Below, piece by piece: positions 50,350 to 60,400 of a DNA stretch of 64,000 nt; within the stretch, counting starts at the first letter, position 1; each line of letters begins with the position of its first letter. The position numbers were made by a program, and so were the translations under genes. The DNA lies in the NCBI GenBank assembly GCA_020054475.1, contig JAHWGJ010000005.1, positions 1,025 to 65,024 on the forward strand, written 5' to 3'. Below the pieces are notes generated by a model. That model did no database searches, had not been told where the DNA came from, and saw only the letters and a list, made by a program, of their open reading frames with translations. This DNA is from Thermoplasmata archaeon. GTDB lineage: Archaea > Thermoplasmatota > E2 > DHVEG-1.

Positions 50350-52329
50350 ATGAAAAGTATAACCTGTTTTGTAGTTGGATTACTATTAATTAGTAGTTTT
50401 GCTGCATTAAGTATCGGTAAAGAAGCTATTAAATCTGAACATGTAACAATAAATTTTAATGACTATATAATTAAACAAGGAATATTTGAAAAAGAAACAT
50501 ATTTGGAAATAATTGTTGATGGTGCAAACGCAATATCAAACCATGAATCAAAACCTTTACTACCTGTAAATACCAACAAAATAACACTGCCTTTTGGAAC
50601 AAAAATTATTGGTATTGAATGTAAAATTGGAGAAATTCAGAGTCAAGTTCTAAATAATAAAATTTTACCTGCACCAAAAAAAGTTGTTTTAGGTTCCGAT
50701 GAAGTTAATCCAAATTATGAAATGAATGAAGATATCTATTTTAAAAATGAGTTTTACCCAAATAATTGGTTCAACTATTATTTAGGAGGTGGACTTGATG
50801 AAAATAATGAACATAAGACATTTCTAAATATTCGGTCATATCCAATAAGATATAATCCGGTTACAGACACAATTAATTTTGTATCTAAAATTGAATTAAA
50901 AGTAAATTATATTGAACCATTGGAACCAATGTTAACTGGTAATGGAGAATATGATATGGTAATTATTACCCCTGATAAATTATTAGATAATAATCTGGAG
51001 GATTTAAAAGATCATAAAAATAATTATGGAGTTCAAACAATTATTAAGACTCTTGAAGACATTTATAATGAATATAATGGTGTTGATAAACCAGAACAAA
51101 TTAAGTATTTCATAAAAGATGCAATTGAAACTTGGGATATTAAATATGTAATGCTTGTCGGAGGTTTAACATCTCTTTTATGGGCAAACCCAAGAGATGA
51201 TGTAGCTAAAGGAGTTGATGGCTGGCATCTTCCTGTAAGATATACACGTCTTCAAGAAACAGGAGGAACACATGATCCAGGATATATTAGTGATCTTTAT
51301 TATGCAGATATTTATGATAGTGAAGGTAATTTTACAACTTGGGATTTAGATAGAAATGGTGAAAGTGATGGGATATTTGCAAATTGGAAATTTGGGGCTC
51401 AAAGAGACATTCTAGATCTTTATCCAGATGTATATGTTGGAAGACTGGCATGTAGAAATTTAAAAGAAGTGGAGATAGTAGTTAACAAAATAATTGATTA
51501 TGAAACAAATACATATGATCAAGATTGGTTTAATAGAATTATTGGAGTTGGAGGAGATTCACATGATGACGCAGGAACAGATTTTTTAGAAGGTGAAGTT
51601 GCATGTGACCTTGTTTTTGAGACCTATATGAATTCCTTTACACCTGTAAAACTTTATTCTTCATATAGAACATCTGATCCTGATAATATACCAAGTTCTG
51701 AAAACATTATTAGAGAAGTATCAGAAGGTGCAGGATTCCTATTATTTGAAGGACATGGATCTCCAGGATCTTGGAATACTCACTGGCCCGGAGAATTTAC
51801 TTGGGCGGATACGCCTGGTGGAATTACATGTTACGATTTTCCATCAACTTCAAATGAAGGGAAATATCCAATTATGGTAGTTGGAGGTTGTCATAATAGT
51901 CAATTCAACATATCATACCTTGGTACAATCCTATTTTATTATCTTAAAGATTCACCATATATGTGGACTCATGGAATTGCATATGCTGAATGTTTTGGAT
52001 GGCATATGGCTAGAAAAATTGATGGAGGTTCAATTGCAAGTTTTGGTAATACGGGTCTTGGATATGGATCAACTGGTGATCATGGAGATTTGGATGGAGA
52101 CGGAATTGATCTACCAGATACTGTTGAGGGAGTTGGAGGATATCAAATTGTTCAATTCTTTAAAACATATCATTCTGGAGTAGATATTCTTGGAGAAGTA
52201 TGGGGTGGTGCTGAAGCAAAATATTTAGATACTTTCCCACCTATGGATGATCAGATAGATTGTAAAACAGTTGAACAATGGCCACTACTTGGAGATCCAA
52301 GTTTGAAAATTGGGGGATATTCCTCCTAA
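50350..52329 (+). CDS. peptidase C25 (gingipain-like) family cysteine protease, secreted (paralogue 2)
   Basis: FEGHGSPGSW and VVGGCHNSQFN. Long collinear similarity to 4674..6590, including ISDLYYADIYDS and the C-terminal LGDPSLKIGGY. Confidence 0.7.
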   Translation: MKSITCFVVGLLLISSFAALSIGKEAIKSEHVTINFNDYIIKQGIFEKETYLEIIVDGANAISNHESKPLLPVNTNKITLPFGTKIIGIECKIGEIQSQVLNNKILPAPKKVVLGSDEVNPNYEMNEDIYFKNEFYPNNWFNYYLGGGLDENNEHKTFLNIRSYPIRYNPVTDTINFVSKIELKVNYIEPLEPMLTGNGEYDMVIITPDKLLDNNLEDLKDHKNNYGVQTIIKTLEDIYNEYNGVDKPEQIKYFIKDAIETWDIKYVMLVGGLTSLLWANPRDDVAKGVDGWHLPVRYTRLQETGGTHDPGYISDLYYADIYDSEGNFTTWDLDRNGESDGIFANWKFGAQRDILDLYPDVYVGRLACRNLKEVEIVVNKIIDYETNTYDQDWFNRIIGVGGDSHDDAGTDFLEGEVACDLVFETYMNSFTPVKLYSSYRTSDPDNIPSSENIIREVSEGAGFLLFEGHGSPGSWNTHWPGEFTWADTPGGITCYDFPSTSNEGKYPIMVVGGCHNSQFNISYLGTILFYYLKDSPYMWTHGIAYAECFGWHMARKIDGGSIASFGNTGLGYGSTGDHGDLDGDGIDLPDTVEGVGGYQIVQFFKTYHSGVDILGEVWGGAEAKYLDTFPPMDDQIDCKTVEQWPLLGDPSLKIGGYSS

Positions 52330-52392
52330 TTTTTTTTTTTATTTTAAACTATTGAAATATTTTTTAATATAATATAGTAATACATCTACCAC

Positions 52393-53070
52393 ATGTTTGG
52401 AACCCTACTTAACGCAAGCACCGTTATCATAGGTAGCATAATCGGTTTAATTGTTAGATCTAGACTCCCAAAACGTATTACAAATACTGCATTTCAGGGA
52501 GTTGGGTTATTCACTATTGTTCTTGGCATTATGATGGCAATAAAAACAAATAATCTATTAATAATGATTTTTAGCATTGTTTTAGGATCAATAATTGGTG
52601 AACTTATTGATATTGATAAATGGATTAATGTCTTTGGAGAATGGCTAAAAAAGAAATTCAAATCGAAAAACCAGAGATTTTCCGAAGGTCTAACCACTGC
52701 ATTTTTACTATATTGTATGGGCTCAATGACAATACTAGGTGCTATAGAGGAAGGACTTGGTGGACTACCAAATTTGTTAGTTGCCAAATCTATACTAGAT
52801 GGTTTTTCTTCAATTGTATTAGCTGCAACTCTTGGAATAGGTGTTTTATTTTCATTTATCCCATTATTAATTTATCAAGGAGGTTTAACATTATTAGCAT
52901 CAAATATTCAGAATTTCTTAACTGAAATAATAATAAATGAAATTACTGCTGTAGGAGGAATACTCCTTCTTGGACTTGGTATTACATTATTAAATATTAA
53001 AAAAATAAAAGTGATAAATATGATACCAAGTATGATAATAGTCGGTATTTTATCATATCTTTTTTTATAA
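52393..53070 (+). CDS. DUF554 family membrane protein
   Basis: MFGTLLNASTVIIGSIIGL...RLP start and 6-7 TM helices, as recalled for YdfK/YqgA-type DUF554. Confidence 0.7.
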   Translation: MFGTLLNASTVIIGSIIGLIVRSRLPKRITNTAFQGVGLFTIVLGIMMAIKTNNLLIMIFSIVLGSIIGELIDIDKWINVFGEWLKKKFKSKNQRFSEGLTTAFLLYCMGSMTILGAIEEGLGGLPNLLVAKSILDGFSSIVLAATLGIGVLFSFIPLLIYQGGLTLLASNIQNFLTEIIINEITAVGGILLLGLGITLLNIKKIKVINMIPSMIIVGILSYLFL

Positions 53071-53126
53071 ACAAATTTTTTATAATTAAATATTCAAAAT
53101 ATTTTCAATATTGATTATTTACAAAA

Positions 53127-53948
53127 TCAAGTCAATATATCTAAACCATACGCATCTTCAATCAATTCATTAAGCCTATCAACAAATCTTGCTAAAGGCC
53201 CTCCATCAACAATATCATGATCTACATTTATAGTTAAATGAAGATATTCTCGTATTTCAATTCTATTGTTTATTACACCCGGTTTTTTATTTATACCTCC
53301 AACCACAATAATTGAAGAAGTTGCTCCACCAAGCGGAATTGCCCAACCCGGAAATCTTCCTTTCATTCCAATTGCAGTTACTCCGACTGTACCTATATGT
53401 TTTTTTCTAAATAATGCGTTTTTTCTCGTTAAAATAATTGCAATTTTTTTTATAAATAAGGGGGAATCAAGAATTATTTTTTCAAATAATGTTAGATTTT
53501 GACCAAGAATTTGCGAGTCATTATCAATTTTCTCTTCTTGAACATCTCTAATTTCTTTAGTAATCTCTAACACATTTTTTGTATTAGTTTTTCTAATTAT
53601 GTATGCCATTGTTATCTGCTTATCATTAAATGTTCGTTCAATAGGAATGGGGATATCAACATCATCAAAAGAAATGGTTTTTCTTCTACCATGTCTAGAT
53701 GTATTGATTATTTTATTTTCACTTACAGCTTGACTTATACATTTAATTAGCCATCCAGTAAAAGAGATACTTTTGTTATGATTAATTTTATATTTACGAA
53801 TAATATCTCTACCTTTTGTAACATCTACCTCAATAATACCATGAACACTATGTTTTCTTTTACCTTCTTCAACAATCAATACAACATTCTGTCGATTTTT
53901 TGCAAATGGTTTTGTCTCGTAATGTCCAATTTTATCCATAATTTTCAA
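53127..53948 (-). CDS. 2-oxoacid dehydrogenase acyltransferase catalytic-domain protein (no lipoyl domain)
   Basis: C-terminal catalytic motif VDHDIVDGGPLARF (DHxxxDG). 273 aa. Confidence 0.75.
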   Translation of the reverse strand: MKIMDKIGHYETKPFAKNRQNVVLIVEEGKRKHSVHGIIEVDVTKGRDIIRKYKINHNKSISFTGWLIKCISQAVSENKIINTSRHGRRKTISFDDVDIPIPIERTFNDKQITMAYIIRKTNTKNVLEITKEIRDVQEEKIDNDSQILGQNLTLFEKIILDSPLFIKKIAIILTRKNALFRKKHIGTVGVTAIGMKGRFPGWAIPLGGATSSIIVVGGINKKPGVINNRIEIREYLHLTINVDHDIVDGGPLARFVDRLNELIEDAYGLDILT

Positions 53949-54081
53949 ACAAATAAAAATTCCTTATATAATGGTTAGTATAAAGATAATAATAACCAAC
54001 TAAATTATAAATAGAAAACCTTAATAATAAAAAAATATCTGTAATTACATATTTATCAATTACATTAAAAATGGTGTTTAA

Positions 54082-55447
54082 ATGGAAATTACATGCTATG
54101 GCGGAGCAGGAGAAATTGGGGGAAACAAAATTCTAATATCTGATAAAGATACTAATTTATTTTTAGATTTTGGAAAAAATTATTCCAAAGAGAAAAAATA
54201 CTATGATCCACCATTTCTTCAAGCAAGATGTACAGAACACTTATTAGAATTAGGTATTCTCCCAAATTTATCTGGAATTTACAAACTTAAAGAAAAGTCT
54301 GGGTTAAAATTTGAACATGGAATTAATGGAGTTTTAATTTCTCATCCTCATGGAGATCATTATGATTATACTCGTTTTCTTAAAGATGATATTACTATTC
54401 ATTGTGGTGAAGCATCTAAAGAGATTATTATGGCTAGAGAATGTTCAGGTACAAAGGGTCCAACTTCAGAATATTATATGTGTAATTTAACAAAATCAAA
54501 GGGATATGAATATTATAAAAAATATCAGACTTTTAGATCAGGGGATAAATTAAAAATTGGAGATATAAACTATAAACCAATTCATGTTGATCACTCTGTT
54601 TATGGGGCATTTGGATATCTACTAGAAACTAATCAGGGGATATTAAGTTATAGTGGAGATTTTAGATTACATGGGCCAAGATCTTCAATGACAATGGACT
54701 TTATTAAAGAAATGAAAAAAGAAGATATTGAAATATTAATAATAGAAGGAACAAATATTGATTCATCAAAAATTTCCTCTGAAAAAGAAGTAGAAAATAA
54801 ATCAAAAAAAATTGTTGAACAAACAAATGGATTAGTATTAGTTGGTTTTTCGGCTGTTGACTTTGATCGTTTTATTACATTTTATAATATTTCAAATGAA
54901 ACAAAAAGAAAATATGTTATAACAATGAAACAAGCATATATTTTAAACAAAATTAAAAAAAGTAGTACGATTCCCAAAATAACAGATGATAACATTTTTA
55001 TTTTTGTAAAGGAAAAAAAAACATATAATGAATTTGAAAATGAAATAATGCGTATTGATGGACTTAAAACTATAAATTCAGATGAATTAAATAAAATTCA
55101 AAAAAATGTATTGATGGTATCTGGCTTTTATGATTTTAATGAATTAATTAAAATTAAACCTATTCCGGGCAGTATATATATTTTATCTCAAAGTGAACCA
55201 TTTAATGAAGAAATGGAAATTGATCATGAAAAATTAAAAAATTGGTTGGAACTCTATGGACTTCCACTTTATAATGTTCATACATCCGGTCATGCGACAG
55301 CTGATGAATTAAAGTATGTTATTAATGAAGTAAATCCAAAAATTAATACTTATTCATACAGAAAGACCTTATTTATATAAGAGGTATATATCTGATTTAG
55401 ATATTGAAACAATCGTTCCAAAAGAAAATGAAACAATAATAATTTAA
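54082..55447 (+). pseudogene. MBL-fold (beta-CASP-like) metallo-hydrolase interrupted by a frameshift in an A5 run
   Basis: HPHGDHYD zinc motif and HTSGHA motif. The frame-0 ORF ends at 55380 with an unconvincing tail. Skipping one A at 55338-55342 gives ...VNPK LILIHTERPYLYKRYISDLDIETIVPKENETIII, the expected conserved C-terminus. Confidence 0.7.
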
Positions 55448-55572
55448 TCCCAAATTATAGTGCCTTTGTTGGAAAGTTTATATAACTCATCTACCAATAT
55501 TTTTTTTATTGTTCATTTTATCTTAGGCTAATTCATCAAATATTTTTTTCCCCTCAGCGTAATTACACATAT

Positions 55573-55710
55573 TTAAAATCTTTCATGAAGCTTTTGTTCA
55601 GATTCAATTTCTAAATATATTAAATCAATAATTTCTTCTTAATTTGTTTCAAAAAATCTTTCTCTTTCAGATTTTATTTAAATTTTTTTTTGAGATATCG
55701 TTATTCTCAA
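55573..55710 (-). pseudogene. ribbon-helix-helix (CopG-like) gene remnant with two in-frame TAA codons
   Basis: GGAAGGAGTGAG SD, then TTG. Conceptual translation: (M)RITISQKKI*IKSERERFFETN*EEIIDLIYLEIESEQKLHERF*. The size (45 codons) and the RITIS beta-strand start fit an RHH protein. Confidence 0.35.
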
Positions 55711-55855
55711 TTCTCACTCCTTCCTTTCTTAATTGAATAATTTTTTTTTTAAAAAAAATACTAAGCTCGCTTAATATTATCTGAAATCTATCATTGTTTC
55801 CTTTTATTAATCATAATATTTTTATTCAAAAATTAATTACAAGGTGAATGATAAA

Positions 55856-57016
55856 ATGAAAGCAGTTGTATTTGGAGGAGCCGGCGTTATAGGTAGTTGT
55901 TCGGTTGAATATCTCTCTAATTTAGATGCATTTTCAGAAATTGTTATTGCAGATATTAATGAAAAAGGAGCAAAAGAATTAATTAAAAAAAATCAAAAAT
56001 TAAGCTTCATAAAAATTAACGCAAGAGATGATAAAAGTTTATTAAAAAGTTTGAACGATGCCGATGTTGCAATAAATTGTATCGGCCCTTTTTACAAATT
56101 TGCACCATTTATAATTGAGGCAGCTATAAATAAAGGAGTAAATTATGTTGATGTTTGTGATGATTATGATACTACAGAAATTCTTCTAAATCAATATTAT
56201 AATGCTGCTGTAGATGCCGATGTTACTTGTGTTATTGGATTGGGGGCTAGCCCTGGATTAACAAATATGATAGCTGCATATGGGTCAAATCAACTCACAA
56301 AAGTTGAAGAAATAAAAATTTATGTTACAAGGAGTATTAATGAAAAAGCAGGTGCTGCAATACCATATCATATGCTTCATTGTTGGATTGGAGAAATTCC
56401 AATATATATTAACGGTCATTTTGAAAAAGCAAGAGGGTTAATCGATGGAAAGGAATATGTTAATTTCCCTAAACCATTTGGTCAAATCCCAGTATATTAC
56501 TTTGGACACCCTGAGACTGTAACAATTCCTAGATATATAAAAGATGTAAGAAACGTTTGTTGTAAAGGATCATTCTTGCCTGTTGAATTTAGAGATGCAT
56601 TACTTGATTTAGAATCACTAGGATTGATATCTGAAGATAAGATACAAGTTCAAGATCATAGTTTAAAAATAATTGATTTCACTGCAGCGTACATAGAAAA
56701 ATTAAGAAATAAAATAAGTAATAATTACCAGAATAATCCTGAAGGTGGTTCAATAATGGTAAAAATTTTAGGTTTAGATGATTCAGAACAAAAAATTATT
56801 AAATATTCAGGAACAGCGAACATGCAACAAGGTACAGGAACACCTGCAGCAATTGGCGCGAAAATGATAATAGATGGAGATGTAAAATTAAAAGGAGTTT
56901 ATGCTCCAGAAGGCTGTATGCCCCCAGAAAAATTCATTATGAATTTCTTTGGTGCTGAAGGATTTGGTGATATTTGGATTTCATTCACTCAAAAAATGTC
57001 AGTCGGAACAATATAA
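55856..57016 (+). CDS. saccharopine dehydrogenase family NAD(P)-binding protein
   Basis: MKAVVFGGAGVIGS Rossmann start and GASPGLTN motif. ATG 55856 lies 8 nt after AGGTGA. Confidence 0.8.
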   Translation: MKAVVFGGAGVIGSCSVEYLSNLDAFSEIVIADINEKGAKELIKKNQKLSFIKINARDDKSLLKSLNDADVAINCIGPFYKFAPFIIEAAINKGVNYVDVCDDYDTTEILLNQYYNAAVDADVTCVIGLGASPGLTNMIAAYGSNQLTKVEEIKIYVTRSINEKAGAAIPYHMLHCWIGEIPIYINGHFEKARGLIDGKEYVNFPKPFGQIPVYYFGHPETVTIPRYIKDVRNVCCKGSFLPVEFRDALLDLESLGLISEDKIQVQDHSLKIIDFTAAYIEKLRNKISNNYQNNPEGGSIMVKILGLDDSEQKIIKYSGTANMQQGTGTPAAIGAKMIIDGDVKLKGVYAPEGCMPPEKFIMNFFGAEGFGDIWISFTQKMSVGTI

Positions 57017-57094
57017 ATTTATTATTTAAAAAAGAGATAAACTAATTTTTCAATTAAGAAAATATATTAGATATTCATTAAAAGTTGATATTTT

Positions 57095-58213
57095 ATGAAT
57101 AATAAAAAAAAAAATAATGGATCAGTAAAATATGAGGAGCATTTAACTAAACCCAATGAAGATGGTTGGGAATTAAATCTTATTAGATACTATTCTAAAA
57201 AAACCTTTAAAAACCCAATAATTCTATGTCACGGGCTTGCATCAAATAAAAATAGCGTTGATTTTGGTCAGTATAATACAACAAATTGGTTAAAATATAG
57301 TTTAGCATCCTACCTATCAATAATAAAAAAAAATGAAAAAAAATCCTTCGATTGTTGGGTAGCACAGCTAAGAGGTAGAGGTAAAAAAATTAGTTTCACA
57401 CCAGATAAATACCCAGATAAATATAAATGGTGTGTTGATGACTATATTGAGAAGGATATACCAGCTATTGTAAATTATATAAAAAAATGGTATTTAATGA
57501 ATAAAAAATATAATCCAAAAATATTTTGGGTTGGAAAAAGTATGGGTGGTATGATAGGTTATGCCTACGCTCAAACTAATAAAGGAAAAGAGAACTTAAA
57601 AGGATTAATTACAATTGGATCCCCAATGGCTTTTGAATATAACTCCTTACTTTTAGAACCAATAGCAAGATTAGCTCCAAGAAATATTTCGTTTCCTATC
57701 AATGTTTCAAAAATTTTAAGAAAAAACCAAATTTATATGAATACTTTTAAAAAAGCTGCAGCAAATCAAGAAAATATAGATTTAAAAATATTGGATAAAT
57801 ATATAGAAATTGGAATGGATAATACAATATCATCAAAAGTTCTAAATCAATTTTTATTATTTTATAGACATAATACATTCTGCAAATATCCAAAAAATCC
57901 ATGGCTTTTTGACATAATTGGAAAAATACCATTATTTAAAAAAATAACATCAACATATAGTTATAAAAAAAATATGTATAAAATCGAAACACCACTATTA
58001 GCAATCGCAGGTAATGATGATAAAGCAGCTGAACCTAGAGAGGTAAAATTTTCCACAAATAATGTAAATAGCCAAGATGTTACATACGTAAATTATAGTA
58101 AAAAAAATGGTTATAGTGAAAATTACGGTCATCTTGATTTAAATCTAGGATTAAATGTAAAAAAAGAAATCTATAATACAATATTTAGATGGTTGAAACA
58201 AAGAAGTCAATAA
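57095..58213 (+). CDS. alpha/beta hydrolase (lipase/esterase-like)
   Basis: HGLASN oxyanion region, nucleophile elbow GKSMGG, C-terminal YGHLD. Confidence 0.75.
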   Translation: MNNKKKNNGSVKYEEHLTKPNEDGWELNLIRYYSKKTFKNPIILCHGLASNKNSVDFGQYNTTNWLKYSLASYLSIIKKNEKKSFDCWVAQLRGRGKKISFTPDKYPDKYKWCVDDYIEKDIPAIVNYIKKWYLMNKKYNPKIFWVGKSMGGMIGYAYAQTNKGKENLKGLITIGSPMAFEYNSLLLEPIARLAPRNISFPINVSKILRKNQIYMNTFKKAAANQENIDLKILDKYIEIGMDNTISSKVLNQFLLFYRHNTFCKYPKNPWLFDIIGKIPLFKKITSTYSYKKNMYKIETPLLAIAGNDDKAAEPREVKFSTNNVNSQDVTYVNYSKKNGYSENYGHLDLNLGLNVKKEIYNTIFRWLKQRSQ

Positions 58214-58235
58214 ATTTAAAATAATAATTTAAAGT

Positions 58236-59120
58236 TTACATCTTTTTGTATATAAATAATATAAGAATACCTGAAAAAGCAAAAATAAATATTAAAAATT
58301 CAAAGCCAGGTGTTAAAATTTCTTTATCAATATCTTTATCATTATTAAAAAAATAATTATCAATAACAAAATTTTCAAATGATGGAACATGAATTCCAAT
58401 ATTATTATTTGAAATATTATTTCCCATAATCGTATTTTGAGATGAAGTCCTAATATTTATAGCACAATATCCATTATCTGAAAAAGAGTTATTTTTTATA
58501 GTATTATTATTAGACATAGAATAAATACCGATTCCATTAAATGTATTATTATGAATAGAATTATTTAAAAATAAATTATTTGAAGAATTTGTTATATAAA
58601 TACCACAATTATTTGATTCTTTAATTAAATTGAATTGAATCATATTATAATTTGAAAAATAAAGTGTTATACCATAGAAACAATTTTTTATTATATTATT
58701 TTCAATTATATTATTATTGGATGAACAGTTTATTCCTGAATTTGGAAAATAAATACCACTACTTTGAATTGAAAAATTATTTATTTCCACATTATCAGAA
58801 TTAATTTTAATAACATTACCTGCCCCTCTTCCATTAATAATTGTTTTTTTATTATTTAAACCAATTAAAGAAATTGATTTATCAATAACAATATTTTCAT
58901 AATACAGACCAATATTAACTAAGATAATATCACCCGATTTTGCGATATCAATAGCATCTTGAATTGAAGTAAAATTTCCATTTCCAGAAATATCAACTAA
59001 ATAATATGATTCAGAATTTTCTTCAGCTAATCCAAATTTAGATAAGTAAAATTGCAAAAAAAATAAAATTATTAAAAATAAAAAAATATATTTAAAAAAA
59101 GGAAAATTAATATTTTTCAT
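58236..59120 (-). CDS. right-handed beta-helix (NosD/PbH1-repeat) surface protein with PGF-CTERM-like anchor
   Basis: Signal peptide. Repeated N.I..N.I..N......GI units. C-terminus TPGFEFLIFIFAFSGILILFIYKKM. Confidence 0.7.
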   Translation of the reverse strand: MKNINFPFFKYIFLFLIILFFLQFYLSKFGLAEENSESYYLVDISGNGNFTSIQDAIDIAKSGDIILVNIGLYYENIVIDKSISLIGLNNKKTIINGRGAGNVIKINSDNVEINNFSIQSSGIYFPNSGINCSSNNNIIENNIIKNCFYGITLYFSNYNMIQFNLIKESNNCGIYITNSSNNLFLNNSIHNNTFNGIGIYSMSNNNTIKNNSFSDNGYCAINIRTSSQNTIMGNNISNNNIGIHVPSFENFVIDNYFFNNDKDIDKEILTPGFEFLIFIFAFSGILILFIYKKM

Positions 59121-59200
59121 TATTTGATATGATATCTTTTATTATTAATTAATTTTTTTAACAAAATGTTTATATACAACCTTAATTGGATTTGATTATT

Positions 59201-60259
59201 ATGAATAAAAAATTATTTAGCATTTTTACAGGGATTTTATTTATTTCAGTGGTTTTTTTAGGATGCATTGAAAATACTCAATTTAATATCAAATATGCCT
59301 CAATGGAGAATTTTATTCCAAAAGAAAAACAAGGTAAAATGATTTTTAATGTTACAATTAGAACAAATGAAAAAACCGAAACCGCGAGATTATGGATTCC
59401 ATATCCCGTATCTAATGAATATCAAAAAATCACAAATTATTCAATTGAAGGTAATTATGATTATACTGGCATATTTCGCGAATCAAATTTTGGAAATATA
59501 ATATTATATGCTGAATGGAAAAATCCAGAATTTTTTCCAAAATTAAATTTATCATTTGATATTATTAGAGGTCAAAGAATAAGAAAGAATTTTTCAATAA
59601 AAAATGATTTTATACCGATTGATGTTGAGAAATATTTACTTCCGACAGAGTTGGGTCCAACAGATGGGGAAGTCAAGAAAATTGCAGATGATATTACAAA
59701 AGAAAATAAAACTCTTTTGGAAAAAGCAATTGCAATATATGACTATCTGATTGAATATGGAGAAAGAGATGGAAATTTGACTTTTTGCGGGGATGGAGAT
59801 GTCTGTAAGCTATTAAAGAATTTGAGAGGAAAATGCGCTGATTTTTCATCTGTTTTTGTTGCACTAACCAGAAGTGTCGGGGTGCCATCTAGAGAAATCT
59901 TTGGTACTAGAATCTCAAAAAACGGTGATATAACAGGCGCTTATCATTGCCATGCTGAATTCTATTTACCAGATTATGGGTGGATACCTGTTGATCCATC
60001 TGATGTTGCAAAAATTATGTTAAATGAAAATATGGATCTAGATGATGAAAAAATTAAGAAAGCTCGAGATTACTATTTTGGAAATCAAAGTGAAACTTAT
60101 GTTGATCTTTCTACAGGTAGAGATATCATTCTAAATCCTCCACAGGAAGGAGGCCCATTAAATTATTTCATGTATCCCTATGCAGAAATTAACGGAGAAT
60201 CAATAGATTTTGTATCTCAAGAATCTCTTAAATATATTGTATCCTTTATCGAAAATTAA
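59201..60259 (+). CDS. transglutaminase-like cysteine protease-fold lipoprotein
   Basis: GKCADFSSVFVAL (Cys), YHCHAEFYL (His) and WIPVDPSD (Asp) triad. Lipobox-like VFLGC. ATG 59201 preferred over the TTG at 59186. Confidence 0.8.
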   Translation: MNKKLFSIFTGILFISVVFLGCIENTQFNIKYASMENFIPKEKQGKMIFNVTIRTNEKTETARLWIPYPVSNEYQKITNYSIEGNYDYTGIFRESNFGNIILYAEWKNPEFFPKLNLSFDIIRGQRIRKNFSIKNDFIPIDVEKYLLPTELGPTDGEVKKIADDITKENKTLLEKAIAIYDYLIEYGERDGNLTFCGDGDVCKLLKNLRGKCADFSSVFVALTRSVGVPSREIFGTRISKNGDITGAYHCHAEFYLPDYGWIPVDPSDVAKIMLNENMDLDDEKIKKARDYYFGNQSETYVDLSTGRDIILNPPQEGGPLNYFMYPYAEINGESIDFVSQESLKYIVSFIEN

Positions 60260-60400
60260 GAATTTTTTTTTATAAAGATTTAATTTATATTTGACAAATT
60301 TTATCCGAAGATTTATTAGAGGATATCTACATTCCTTATGTTATAAGGGCGATATAAAAGATACTTAAAAAAATTTAAAAAATAAAAATGGTGAGGAACT

